DNA of 64,000 nucleotides from Blastocatellia bacterium (GTDB lineage Bacteria; Acidobacteriota; Blastocatellia; UBA7656): NCBI GenBank assembly GCA_963832205.1, contig CAWHTK010000003.1, positions 54,764 to 118,763 of the forward strand, read 5' to 3'. Shown piece by piece: positions 53,801 to 64,000 of this stretch (position 1 is its first letter; each line of letters starts with the position of its first letter). The notes under the pieces were generated by a model. It saw only the letters and a program-made list of their open reading frames with translations, ran no database searches and was not told where the DNA came from. The position numbers and the translations under genes were made by a program.

Positions 53801-54367
53801 CTTAACATCATACGCATACACGTGCCTCCGCTCAGGGAGCGCAGGCAGGAGATACCGGTGCTTGCGTCTCATTTCATGGAGCACTTCTCATCGAGGTCGG
53901 GCAAGCCCGGGGTAACGATGACGCAGAGCGCGGTCAACGCGCTCCTCGCCTACGACTGGCCGGGCAACGTCAGACAGCTCAGAAACGAGATTGAGAGAGT
54001 AATAGCCTACGCGTACGAGGAGGCCAGGATATCGCCTGAAGACTTATCGCCCGAAGTCATACACCCCCGGCGGGTCTATTCGAGCGACAGGTCGGGATCG
54101 TTTAGAGAGCAGGGGTTGAATGGCGGGACGAATGGCGGTTCGAGGTACGGGGAGACCGACAACAGCGCCACCCGGCCTTATGGCAAGGACGGGAAGCAGG
54201 TGAAGTTGAAGGAGGCTACGGCGGCGCTCGAGCGAGAGCTTATTATGGAAGCGCTGGTGCGAAACAGGAATAATCTTTCGAGGACGGCGCTCGACCTTGG
54301 CCTGTCGAGGAGGGGCCTGCGGCTAAAGCTGGCCCAACTGGGAATACAGAAGCACGAGCGGATTTAG
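50843..54367 (+). CDS. sigma54-dependent activator: IS630-type HTH + TPR array + AAA+ + Fis-type HTH (frameshifts near 51150, 53310, 53610)
   Basis: GESGTGKE, GSFTGA, FREDLFHRLN, WPGNVRQL and a C-terminal HTH. TPRs in ORF 51141..53345. N-terminus resembles IS630 transposase DNA-binding domains. Confidence 0.85.
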
Positions 54368-54402
54368 CCGGTATCGGACAGACCGGCTAGCCGTTAAAAC
54401 GC

Positions 54403-54431
54403 TTGACATTACAAGTAATTAGAAATAATAT
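54403..54431 (+). promoter_or_regulatory. sigma70-type promoter
   Basis: TTGACA-N17-TAATAT in an intergenic AT-rich stretch. Confidence 0.5.
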
Positions 54432-54581
54432 CGGGGCGGCTACGCATGATGTCAGGTATGGGTTTAGCTCCTAAGAAACACCGTCATCAGATTGAATTCA
54501 GCAGTTCATAAAATAGGGTCGGATCAGGGCGGTCGTTTCGGGTTGTTTTATTGCGATGGCTGGCTGATTATGGAGAAAAAG

Positions 54582-56277
54582 ATGATAAACCTCAGGAAAG
54601 GCTTGGGCGCGCGGGCAATGCGCCGGCAAGTGATTACCGCTCTCCTGGTAATGATAGCGTCATTATGCGCGTTTTATCCCCCGCTCATGGCGGCACCGAA
54701 GAAGATCGCCTCGGTTGAATTGGCGGGAGTGGCGGGCGCGGCCAACAATGTGGCTTTTGCTTTTGACAGATTTGTCCTCGTTGCCCCGTACGCGCCTTCG
54801 GCGCCGATTGCCAGCGCAGATGACCCGACCGGCCTCGATAACCATTTTCTCTATCTGATCGATACGAAGAAGACCAATATTGCAATCCCGCCAAAAGATT
54901 TGACTGCGCCTGGTTTCGGGGGCGGTCTGCCGAAGACGGTTTATTATCCAACACGGATCAAGTTCGACCCGACCACCGGCAATGTTTTTGTCAGGGGCAC
55001 CAGGTTTGAAGTAGTTGATGGCGTTCTTGAAGAGATCGAAGTACTGGCCTACGTCCATGTGAACCTTGACGATAATGGGAAGCCCTTCTTTGACTCGTCT
55101 GTCGTCATCATAGATATAAAGGGAGTCGGCGAAGATTTTTGCAGAGAAGCGCCCACCGAGTTCGCGGTCGGGCACAAAGGCAGTCTCGTCGTCTTCACCA
55201 ACGGCGCCTCGGTCTTTACCTTCAATGTTAATAAGGGGTACGTCTATCAGGTAGACATAGTGCCGTCAAACGAGTACAGCGACGATAGCTCAATCGCCCA
55301 CCTCGATATTGACGAGGCGACCAACCTGTTGACGATTGTGTGGAACAAGCGGGTGAAGAAAGAGGGCGCCCCGGCGACCAATTCGACCGAACTATCTTTC
55401 TATCAGTTAAAGGAAGACGGCGTGCTGCCGCTTGTCAAGCGGGTCTACCCGGAAGATTTTCCTGCGAACTCGTATATTACCGAAGGCAGCAATGTAGCTA
55501 TCGCGAGCACGCAATCGGCGGAGGCCGGCCAGTTTGATTCGGCTAGCGGTCTATTCGTAAGCAACAACGGCGAGCTTTGCTCCATCGACCTGCTCGGCGA
55601 GGGGGTCCGCGCAAGCGTAAAAACACTTCACGTATTTGCCGAGCTTGCGCAAGGGGATTCGCATAGAGGCGGGGCCCAGGGCGATCAGCTATGACTCGGG
55701 GGCTCGTGTAGTCGGCCTTGTCAAGAACGGGGTCAGGGCGAAGATAAGAAAGCTCATCAACGGAAGGCCCGGGAGGCGAGGAACCGTTATCCGCACGTTT
55801 AGCGCGGAGGATAAGGTTGAGGATCCGGCTCTCGCCTTCGTCAGGTTCAATAAGAAAGGGAAGATAGTCTCGACGGTTGCTTTCGCTGAGATGTTCCGCG
55901 ACGGGTCGGGCCTATCAAATCTCAATCTGGTCCAGGGCGGGAAATGGCTCGTGGCAAGTCGGGCGGGCAGGCTCTACTCCATCACGGCCTCATCCGATCT
56001 TGAAAAGGCAATGCCGGAAGGTATTGGCGAGATAGGAGAGCGCATAGATCGCATAGATTATCTTTCGAGCCGTTCGAGCGTTGTCGCGATAAATTCGTAC
56101 GCTTCGGATGGCGAAGGGACTAATATTGAGGTCCCCGGCTCGTTGGTTGTGGCGCCTATGCAGGCGGATGAGAGCGCTGAGATCGCTTCAACAAAGAATC
56201 AAAGCTTGTTTTCGCCGTTCTCTGCCATCGCCGCGGCAGCGCCTCGTATAAGGAGACCCTGCAACGTCAGACGTTGA
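54582..56277 (+). CDS. Secreted beta-rich hypothetical protein (frameshift near 55660)
   Basis: Signal-peptide-like N-terminus. ORFs 54492..55694 and 55636..56277 overlap. Terminator follows. Confidence 0.7.
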
Positions 56278-56301
56278 GAAAGTTATTTTGATCTAAGAAG
56301 G

Positions 56302-56328
56302 AAGGGGGCTTACGGCCCCCTTTTCTTT
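56302..56328 (+). terminator. Intrinsic terminator
   Basis: aagggggc-ttacg-gccccctt followed by ttcttt. Confidence 0.8.
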
Positions 56329-56462
56329 ATCCGGACCTCGAATAAATCGACTAAATTGCCCGGCCGCGCGCAATTTCTGCAAAGCGATGCGACAGTCTTG
56401 CCTCTCTAATCAATCTTGACCGATTGCATATACCAAAAAAGCTAACTAATGTAAAAGAAAGG

Positions 56463-56479
56463 TTGGAACGTCTGTTGCT
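56463..56479 (+). promoter_or_regulatory. sigma54 -24/-12 promoter upstream of the two-component operon
   Basis: TTGGAAC-GTCTG-TTGCT, about 100 bp upstream of the kinase start. Confidence 0.65.
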
Positions 56480-56581
56480 ATAATGGTATAGAAAACAGAA
56501 CGGGAGCTCGGAAGTGAAGGCTCGGAGTTATCCGGGCAGTTTTACGGAATTGGCCCAGATGGTTTGTAAGGCTTAGAGGGT

Positions 56582-57704
56582 ATGGACACACCGAACCTGA
56601 TGTCTCAAGCAATAAAGGCGAGCCAGGCTGGCACGGAAGGCCGAGAGGGGTTCTGGAGACAGGCGCTTGACTCCTTGCCTGACGGTGTATCGATTCATTT
56701 ATTAAACAGTACGATTATCTTCGCAAACGAAAAGCTGCTGGAAATATATGGAAGGCCAGCTGGATCAGATTATCGGCTCGACCTGCTATTCGGCCTTTCA
56801 CCAGGATGGAAGCGCCTGTCCTCACGATCATCTTTTAAAAGAGGGGGCGGCCCATCCATTAGAGGAGCGGTGCGAGATAAATGAAAGGGTCTTTGGCATA
56901 TCGGTCTATCTTATGGCCGACGACGAGGGCGGGCACGCAGGTTACGTCCGCGTGGTGCGCGACATAACGGGCCAGGACCAGGCAAGGGCGCAGCTTTTGA
57001 AGGCTGAACAGTTCGCAACACTCGGCCAGATGATATCTGGAATCGCTCACGACGTGGGCACGCCGCTAAATATAATATCCGGTTATTGCGAATACCTCAT
57101 GATGAAGATCGGGCTCGGCAATACGGGCCATAAAGAGTTGACGACTATCCTCCAACAGACGCGGCGCATCGCTGAATTTATAAGGCAGATGCTGGATCTG
57201 GCTCGCCCGCCGCAGGTGAGAGCCGACGCGATAGAGCTAAAGGGTTTTCTTGAAGAGTCGCTTGACCTAATATCGCATCACTTGAGGAAGTCGGATGTGA
57301 GGGTAAAGCTCATATGCGATATCACGCCGCCGGTCATCTACGGTGACGCGCCGCGGTTGAGGCAAGCGATGTTCAACGTTTTGTTGAATGCGTGTCAAAA
57401 GCTTGGGCCCAAGAGCGAGGTCAATATTCATCTTGGCAGATTGCCCGAAGATACCGGGACAACTACAATCACGCTTAACGGAATTGAAGCCGGCGGTATA
57501 AAGCATGATTTCTCGAAGAGCCTTCCGGAGTTCATCTCACCGGGGAGCAGCCGAGAGGCTTTAGGGCTGGGATTATCGCTGGCCGGAGAGGTCCTGAGCG
57601 AATTTGGCGCGACGGTGAGGTCCGAACCGCAGGAAGACGGCGGGGTATCATTGGTTATTAGTCTGGAGAGAGCCGGCTTGAACGGGCCGGCCGGCAAGCA
57701 CTGA
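56582..57704 (+). CDS. PAS-domain sensor histidine kinase (frameshift near 56755)
   Basis: PAS domain (LDSLPDGV..FAN), H-box GIAHDVGTPLN, N-box NVLLNA and GLGLS. Confidence 0.88.
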
Positions 57705-57706
57705 AT

Positions 57707-59149
57707 ATGGCTATGAGAAATATTATCCAGCGCATACTTATTGTCGAAGACGAAGGTCCCATGTGCGAACTGTTGATGTCCTTTTTCACCGAGAAGGGAT
57801 ACAAGGTTGAAGCAGCACAGGACGGGGAAGGGGCGGTTGTGCGCCTCGAAGAGCAAGACTATGAACTGGTAATCACGGACATCAAATTACCTGGGATGAG
57901 CGGACTCGAACTGCTGGCCAGGATCAGGATGGACTGGCCGGACAGCGTGGTCATAATTATGACCGCATTCAGCTCTATATCCTCGGCCGTCGAGGCGATG
58001 AAGCTTGGGGCCGAGGATTATATAGGTAAGCCTTTTCAGCTTGACGAGCTCGCCATAACCGTTGAGAAGGCGCTAGAGCGGCGAAGCCTGCGGCGAGAGG
58101 TCCGTGAGTTGCGGGCAGAGGTTCGTGAACGTTATAACTTTTCTAACATCGTGGGCCGGAGCAAGCCCATGCAACAGCTTTTCGAGGTCATAAAAAGGAT
58201 CGCCGCCAGGCGAGACGCCTCGGCGCTGATAATAGGCTCGACGGGGACCGGCAAGGAGCTTGTCGCGCGCGCGATTCATTACAACTCTGACCGCAGAGAC
58301 GCGCCCTTCACTCCGATAAACTGTTCCGCGATCCCTGAGACGCTCCTTGAATCCGAATTGTTCGGCCACCAGAAGGGCGCCTTTACCGGCGCGCATGAAA
58401 CCCGGCGCGGGTTGTTGGAGGAAGCGCAGGGCGGGACAGTTTTTCTCGATGAAATAAACACGCTCTCACAGAACCTGCAGGTAAAGCTCTTGCGAGTCTT
58501 ACAGGAGCGTGTCGTCAGACGCGTGGGGGGCAGGGAGAATATTCCGATCGATATACGACTTGCATCCGCGAGCAACCAGGATCTTGAGGAGGCGGTCAAG
58601 CGGGGTGAATTCCGGCAGGATCTTTTCTACAGGTTAAATGTGGTGCCGGTCAGGCTGCCGGACTTGAAGGACCGAAGGGAAGACATACCCTTGCTCGTGC
58701 ATCACTTTTTACAGAAGTTCGCGCAGCAGATCGGCGAGCCGGTGCGCCGGTTCTCAAGCGAAGCTATGCGGATTCTGATGACTCATTCATGGCCGGGGAA
58801 TGTACGAGAGCTGGAAAACGCAGTCGAGCACGCACTCACCATGGGGAGCAGTGAGATCTTAACAGTGGAGGACTTGCCTGCCAGCGTCACATCTCCTGAG
58901 AGAGATATTGTAGAAGAGGCTGTTCTCGATAATGCAACTCTGGCCGAGGTCGAGCGGCGATACATATTGCGGATCCTGGAGAAGATGGATGGACATCAGA
59001 TAAGGACGGCGCAGGTGCTTGGCATAGACAGGCGCACCCTTTACAGAAGGCTTCGCCAGTATGGCTACGGGGGAGCCCTAAAGGATGATCTACTCTCTGA
59101 TGAAGATTTGGATGATTCGGAGATTCAAGCGCGGGCGACATCGTTATAG
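57707..59149 (+). CDS. NtrC/AtoC-family sigma54 response regulator
   Basis: Receiver domain (VEDE, TDIKLPG, KPF), GSTGTGKE, GAFTGA, WPGNVRELEN and Fis HTH. Confidence 0.96.
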   Translation: MAMRNIIQRILIVEDEGPMCELLMSFFTEKGYKVEAAQDGEGAVVRLEEQDYELVITDIKLPGMSGLELLARIRMDWPDSVVIIMTAFSSISSAVEAMKLGAEDYIGKPFQLDELAITVEKALERRSLRREVRELRAEVRERYNFSNIVGRSKPMQQLFEVIKRIAARRDASALIIGSTGTGKELVARAIHYNSDRRDAPFTPINCSAIPETLLESELFGHQKGAFTGAHETRRGLLEEAQGGTVFLDEINTLSQNLQVKLLRVLQERVVRRVGGRENIPIDIRLASASNQDLEEAVKRGEFRQDLFYRLNVVPVRLPDLKDRREDIPLLVHHFLQKFAQQIGEPVRRFSSEAMRILMTHSWPGNVRELENAVEHALTMGSSEILTVEDLPASVTSPERDIVEEAVLDNATLAEVERRYILRILEKMDGHQIRTAQVLGIDRRTLYRRLRQYGYGGALKDDLLSDEDLDDSEIQARATSL

Positions 59150-59207
59150 GATTAATCGCTGGAGAATTGTCGGGTAGAGTGGACCTTTAATTGGAGAGGG
59201 AGAAGCA

Positions 59208-59666
59208 GTGGGCAAACTGGAGAATGATTCGGAGTTTCTTGAAGCGGTTGAAAAGGACAAGTCGAAACGGATTGGGTCAGCGCACGGGGAAGGGACGGAT
59301 GAGGTGGAGAGGAGTGGTTACGGGCGCGATATTGGCCAGGGCGGGATATCGGCCCAGGGCGTGGATGAGTTGAGGACTAGCAATTCAGGATTGACCAGGG
59401 GAACGCGCGCTCACCCTTCCAAAATTCTTGAAGCCAGAAAACGAGGTTATGGGATCGGCGGAGGATACGAGCGGCCTTATCGGAAAGAGAAGGCACAGAC
59501 AGGTGATAATAAAGCGGAACTATACGGACCTCTGCCGCACGCGGGGTATTACGGAGCGGGCACGGCAGCAAGACCCTTTAAGAGGGGGCAGGCTGGATTT
59601 TCCGATGAGATCGAATGGTATAAATCTCAATACGGTGAGCGGACGAGCGAGTACGAAAAGAAGTGA
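59208..59666 (+). CDS. Hydrophilic Gly-rich hypothetical protein
   Basis: 152-aa ORF with GTG start and purine-rich RBS. No recognisable domain. Confidence 0.6.
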   Translation: MGKLENDSEFLEAVEKDKSKRIGSAHGEGTDEVERSGYGRDIGQGGISAQGVDELRTSNSGLTRGTRAHPSKILEARKRGYGIGGGYERPYRKEKAQTGDNKAELYGPLPHAGYYGAGTAARPFKRGQAGFSDEIEWYKSQYGERTSEYEKK

Positions 59667-59709
59667 TAAGAATCAAACGGAAAGGGAAATAATTCCCCTG
59701 AGTCCCAAC

Positions 59710-60111
59710 CTACCGTCTTATTTTCTCTCCGGACAGAAGCTTTGCCGCGTCTTCCGGTTTATCGGTGAATTTGGCTATGGACTGGATCGCCCAGTTACCG
59801 CCATCCTGTCTGAGAATATATCCTGATCGTTCCTGCATATTCTTTTGTGCATCAGTTGATGAAACATCACCGGACGCATAGACGAGGCGGGCGCTCGCGT
59901 AGGCCCTCTCAGGCGCGTTTGAGTCTGTGTGAAACAGAATGAGCTCGACATCTTTAATATCGGGCGCCCCATTCGTTCTTAGATATTCCTTGATTGTTTG
60001 CTCGACCTTAGAATCGCGATTCTCACATGCAGTGAAGACGGCCAATGAAAAGAGACAAAGTAAGGGTAATGTGAAACGAGCTGTGAACGCGAGACAGAAC
60101 CTTTTTTCCAT
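59710..60111 (-). CDS. Putative lipoprotein
   Basis: Start MEKRF avoids overlap with the next gene. Hydrophobic stretch and FTAC lipobox. Confidence 0.65.
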   Translation of the reverse strand: MEKRFCLAFTARFTLPLLCLFSLAVFTACENRDSKVEQTIKEYLRTNGAPDIKDVELILFHTDSNAPERAYASARLVYASGDVSSTDAQKNMQERSGYILRQDGGNWAIQSIAKFTDKPEDAAKLLSGEKIRR

Positions 60112-60185
60112 GGCAAGATTTCTACCGTACCATAGGCACTTTTTCAAGTTGCGGATTTCGGAAGAGTGGAACCAGTGAGGGTATC

Positions 60186-60891
60186 GTGACCATATATCTG
60201 AGACAGCTTCGTGCTGGTAGAGACTTCGGAAAGAATAATCCCTTTGCCGCGCAGATGGCGAATTTTGTCTACCTTGTCGGTGATCTGTCAAAGCGCGAAT
60301 GTATGGTGGTGGACCCGGCATGGGATATTCAAGGAATTCTGAACTACATTGATGCTGAGGGCATGACGCTTACAGGGGCCTTGATAACACATTATCATCC
60401 GGACCATGTAGGTGGAGATATATTTGGGCACAAGATAGAGGGACTGGGCGAATTGCAAACTCTATGTCCCGTTAAAATCCACGCTAACGAACGTGAAAGC
60501 GAAGGGATTAGAAGTGTTACCGGGCTATCTAGAAATGACATCACCAGTCATGCAGCAGGGGAAGAGATCAGCATAGGAGATTTTAGAGTGAAGCTACTGC
60601 ATACGCCAGGCCATACTCCTGGGAGCCAGTGTTTTCTAATTGATTCGACACCTTATTTCAGGAGACACACTCTTTATAGGCGGTTGTGGGCGGGTCGATC
60701 TCCCTGGAGGAGATGCAAGCCAGTTATATTACTCTTTAACTCAAATACTCGGGAATCTGTCTGACGAGACAATTCTTTATCCGGGACACGATTATTCTGA
60801 TGTTCAAGTAAGTACGATAGGCGAACAGAAGCGAGATAACTTTTGTATGCGGATCTCTAGCTTGAGTGATTGGCTAGCGTTTATGGCTTAA
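60186..60891 (+). CDS. MBL-fold hydrolase (glyoxalase II-like), frameshift near 60645
   Basis: THYHPDH, HTPGHTPG, SGDTLF..GCGR and YPGH split over two ORFs. Confidence 0.9.
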
Positions 60892-60976
60892 AGAGTCTGA
60901 TAACGTTGATTATTTATCCTTGATATTATTTTTTGAGTGCTGGGAGATATAGGGAAACACTGAAAGGAGAATAGGG

Positions 60977-61669
60977 ATGGTAAAGAAAGGCATTGATGTA
61001 TTTTTGGAGGGTGGTGATTCTACTTTGAAGGCGTATCTCGTTGAACCTGATGATGCTGAGAAAATGTATCCGAGCGTAATAGTTATACACGAATGGTGGG
61101 GGCTTAATGACCATATAAAGGATATTACTCATCGGTTTGCTAGGGAGGGGTATGTTGCAATTGCCCCTGACCTTTATGGTGGAAAGGTGACTACGGATCC
61201 TGATGAGGCCGGAAGGCTGATGCAGGGTCTTGAGCAGGATGATGCCCTAAGGATTCTTGAAAAGACCGTTGCGTTCTTAAAAGAGAGGAAGAAGGTAAAT
61301 GCGAGTCGAATTGGTGTGACAGGGTTTTGTATGGGCGGGACATACGCTCTCCTGCTTCCTTGTCATAGTAGGAGTATCGCAGCTGCCGCGCCTTTTTATG
61401 GTGATGTGCCTCCCTTAGATACTTTGAAGAATCTTTCGGCTCCGATCCTTTTTATCGGCGCTGAGAATGACTTCTGGATTACCAGCGACAAAACAGATCG
61501 CCTTAAACAGGAGCTTCTAGATCTTAATAAAGAGGGAGAAGTATTAGTATACCCAGGGGTAGGTCATGCCTTTTTTAATGATACAAGACCTGAAGCGTAT
61601 GACCATGAATCCGCGGTTGATGCCTGGGAGCGTGTGAAACGTTTCTTTGCTGAGAAGTTAAAAGGCTGA
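60977..61669 (+). CDS. Dienelactone hydrolase family protein
   Basis: HEWWGLN, APDLY, GFCMGG and HAFFND motifs. Confidence 0.93.
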   Translation: MVKKGIDVFLEGGDSTLKAYLVEPDDAEKMYPSVIVIHEWWGLNDHIKDITHRFAREGYVAIAPDLYGGKVTTDPDEAGRLMQGLEQDDALRILEKTVAFLKERKKVNASRIGVTGFCMGGTYALLLPCHSRSIAAAAPFYGDVPPLDTLKNLSAPILFIGAENDFWITSDKTDRLKQELLDLNKEGEVLVYPGVGHAFFNDTRPEAYDHESAVDAWERVKRFFAEKLKG

Positions 61670-61874
61670 GGGTTATCAAGAGGGTCGGGTTGTTATTCAA
61701 GAAGCATTTGAGGTAAGGAGGCTTCTTGTTGATCGACTAGAGGACCTCGGGAGTTGCAGCCTGGGGTCTGTCTATGAATTTGTTGTAAATGAGTTACGGA
61801 AGGGAAAAGTATTGTTTGCAGTCATATATACCTGCTACCATCAAGATAATAAATCTGACAAGCGGGGGCAGTAA

Positions 61875-63137
61875 ATGTTTAGAATTGCGTTTTGTCTTTT
61901 CCTTCTCCTCACGACGACTAGCTTTAATGTTGATTATTCTGATCGCCCTTCGGAGCGCGAAGAGGATGCCGGGCTTATTGCGGGCATCGATGCCGGTAGA
62001 GAGGTATTGAAGGGTGAGACTGTTAGATTGATTAAGGGAACAGTTGGCACCCGCAGGGTTCGCATCAGCCGCCGGAAATACGAAGACGTCCCAGTTATTG
62101 GGATCACTGGGCGCGAAATGGCCATTGCGGTGCTTGATCCTAGAAACCGGATAAGCGTAGTTCGGGCGATAAAAAGAGACGGCTCTTTTGAAGTACTTAC
62201 TCCGGGTATTATTCTGTCGATGCGTAGAGAGAATGGTATCAACTCGGACATTGCCTGTATCAACCCTGAGGGTGGAAGAGTTGTAGCAGTTAAATACCCG
62301 GTATCGAATGAAACCAAAAGGTTCGGTACAGGTCCTGATGTGATTGAGGCTATATACACACCTTATTCAAGAGAGATCCTTACCGAGCAAATTGTTAATA
62401 GAGGGCTGGAAGTGCTGGATGTCCTTATCGATAAGGCTTACGCGCGGCTAAATGAGCGTGGTGTCTTGTCTCGTGCGTTTCCCGGACGAAAAGTGACGGA
62501 TATTCTTCCTCAAAGAATCTTGCGCGTACTGCTGATGAATGAGCACATTGATCCAGGTGAATTTAAGACGCAGGGCTTAACTAAATCACTTGTCGAGCGG
62601 GTGCTGACGATAGTGGCAACTAACCGTGATAAGGCATATGCGTACTCAATCAGCTCGGCTGGTGCATACGGGCTGGTGCAGATGATCCCATCGACATATT
62701 CTCTCATAGCCACTAGGTATCCCGCGGCGGGACTAAAAACGAGTTTTCATCAGGGTATGGCTGATGCGGTAAACGCGGTGATGGCTCAGGTGCTTCTTTG
62801 TGATGCAGACTGGCAGTCTATAAAGTCGCGGCAGGATATTCCGGCCGAACGCGTCGGCCCATACCTTGCGGCATCTTATAATGGTGGGGTAGGTCGCGTC
62901 TTATCGATACTCGCTCATAGCAAAGAGGATTGGATGGAAGATCCTGACCTATCGCGCGGCCCTAAAAAGGTAGTTACGGAAAAGGTGCCGGTCAAAGTAA
63001 AGACGAAGCGAGGGCGACGAGTGACGAGGTACGTTTTAAAGAGCTATAGTCAGCCGATCTTTAAGAGCGAAACCAGTAAATATGTGAGCCAGTACCACTG
63101 GATCGAAGATTATCTTGTTGCTAAAGCGGATCGTTAA
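61875..63137 (+). CDS. Secreted protein with lytic transglycosylase (SLT)-like domain
   Basis: Signal peptide. SSAGAYGLVQMIPST, AASYNGG and ETSKYV motifs. Confidence 0.7.
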   Translation: MFRIAFCLFLLLTTTSFNVDYSDRPSEREEDAGLIAGIDAGREVLKGETVRLIKGTVGTRRVRISRRKYEDVPVIGITGREMAIAVLDPRNRISVVRAIKRDGSFEVLTPGIILSMRRENGINSDIACINPEGGRVVAVKYPVSNETKRFGTGPDVIEAIYTPYSREILTEQIVNRGLEVLDVLIDKAYARLNERGVLSRAFPGRKVTDILPQRILRVLLMNEHIDPGEFKTQGLTKSLVERVLTIVATNRDKAYAYSISSAGAYGLVQMIPSTYSLIATRYPAAGLKTSFHQGMADAVNAVMAQVLLCDADWQSIKSRQDIPAERVGPYLAASYNGGVGRVLSILAHSKEDWMEDPDLSRGPKKVVTEKVPVKVKTKRGRRVTRYVLKSYSQPIFKSETSKYVSQYHWIEDYLVAKADR

Positions 63138-63190
63138 TGGTTTAGGGTTAGCTCTCCTAAGTAGGACTCAAAAGATCTTTATAAAGATAG

Positions 63191-63248
63191 AAGGGTCGAA
63201 TGAAAAGCGCAGCCCCCGTTGCCCTGATCATTCGACCCTTTTGTTTTT
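63191..63248 (+). terminator. Hairpin plus T-tract
   Basis: 13-bp inverted repeat aagggtcgaatga/tcattcgaccctt followed by ttgttttt. Confidence 0.6.
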
Positions 63249-63563
63249 CGAAGCTCAGTTGTAATAAAAGCAAGAAAGGTGCCAGTCTTCAGAATCGAAG
63301 GTAATCACCGTAAGTGATGTGTTCTAATGATTACTACTCCTCGGTCGATCCTATAACAAATCCCGACTAACACTTTTTGTCATAAAACCTTTCCTGTTTT
63401 TGTTAGCCTCAATGAGCATGCCCCTCAGTTTATAGGGTATCGCATCTCTTAACAGTATGATCTTTGACGTTGTACGTAGCTTCGAGATATTATGATTGGC
63501 CACGAGAGGGTTCCGGAAAGTTGGTAGCTTAATATAAAGAGGATGCTCGGAAGAATGCAAAAG

Positions 63564-64000
63564 ATGGCTTATAAAAGTATTCCAATGCTTGACCTGAAGG
63601 CTCAGCATGATCGGATCGGTGAAGAGGTATTACACGCAGTAAAGTCAGTTTTGGATAGTCAACAGTTTATACTGGGTCCGGCTGTTCGTGATCTTGAAGC
63701 GATGCTGGCCGATTATTGTCGTTGTAACTACGTAGTAGCCTGCGCCTCTGGATCGGACGCTTTACTTCTTGCGCTGATGGCCTTCGATATTGGCAGCGGT
63801 GATGAAGTTATTACAACACCTTTTACTTTCTTCGCAACTGCGGGCTCGATTGCACGACTTGGGGCAAAGCCTGTTTTTGTGGATATTGACCCGGAGACCT
63901 TTAATATTGATCCTATGCAGTTAGAGGCAGCGATCACAAAGCGAACTAAGGCCATTTTGCCTGTGCATCTTTTTGGGCAGTGTTCAGAAATGGACCGAAT
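63564..64000 (+). CDS. DegT/DnrJ/EryC1/StrS aminotransferase, 3'-truncated by the window edge (not in ORF track)
   Basis: IPMLDLKAQ, FILGPAV, ASGSDAL, GDEVITTPFTFFAT, GAKPVFVDID and PVHLFGQ motifs. Confidence 0.95.
   Translation, partial: MAYKSIPMLDLKAQHDRIGEEVLHAVKSVLDSQQFILGPAVRDLEAMLADYCRCNYVVACASGSDALLLALMAFDIGSGDEVITTPFTFFATAGSIARLGAKPVFVDIDPETFNIDPMQLEAAITKRTKAILPVHLFGQCSEMDR

Overview
A GC-rich bacterial chromosomal window. Gene style suggests Acidobacteriota (Blastocatellia-like), but that is inference only. Many long genes are split by single-base indels, most likely long-read consensus errors. The backbone carries aroA-aroK, rqcH, an RDD protein, recA, treT, an exported HEAT-repeat protein, uppP, tRNA-Phe, envelope glycosylation genes, a NorD/CbbO-like VWA protein, a GMC oxidoreductase, a Bacillus-type fadR-lcfA-fadNAE beta-oxidation cluster with a FadR-like operator, an FG-GAP surface protein, two sigma54 activators and a DegT-family aminotransferase. 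The accessory region (about 14.3-22.2 kb) is the most interesting part. A ~4.9 kb element bounded by a 42-bp duplication of the tRNA-Phe 3' end carries phage-like remnants, a Cys-rich secreted mini-protein, a sigma54-promoted microviridin (graspetide)-type precursor with a corrupted paralogue, and a corrupted ABC-ATPase/TOPRIM pair. Just outside it are two tandem 17-aa ORFs that the ORF track misses (MKIKTSVKAGGDISTPG, MKIRTHIKAGGDIGTPG). They have their own promoter, RBSs and mostly synonymous divergence, and share a [IV]-[KR]-T-x-[VI]-K-A-G motif with the microviridin-type precursor. No database searches were run.
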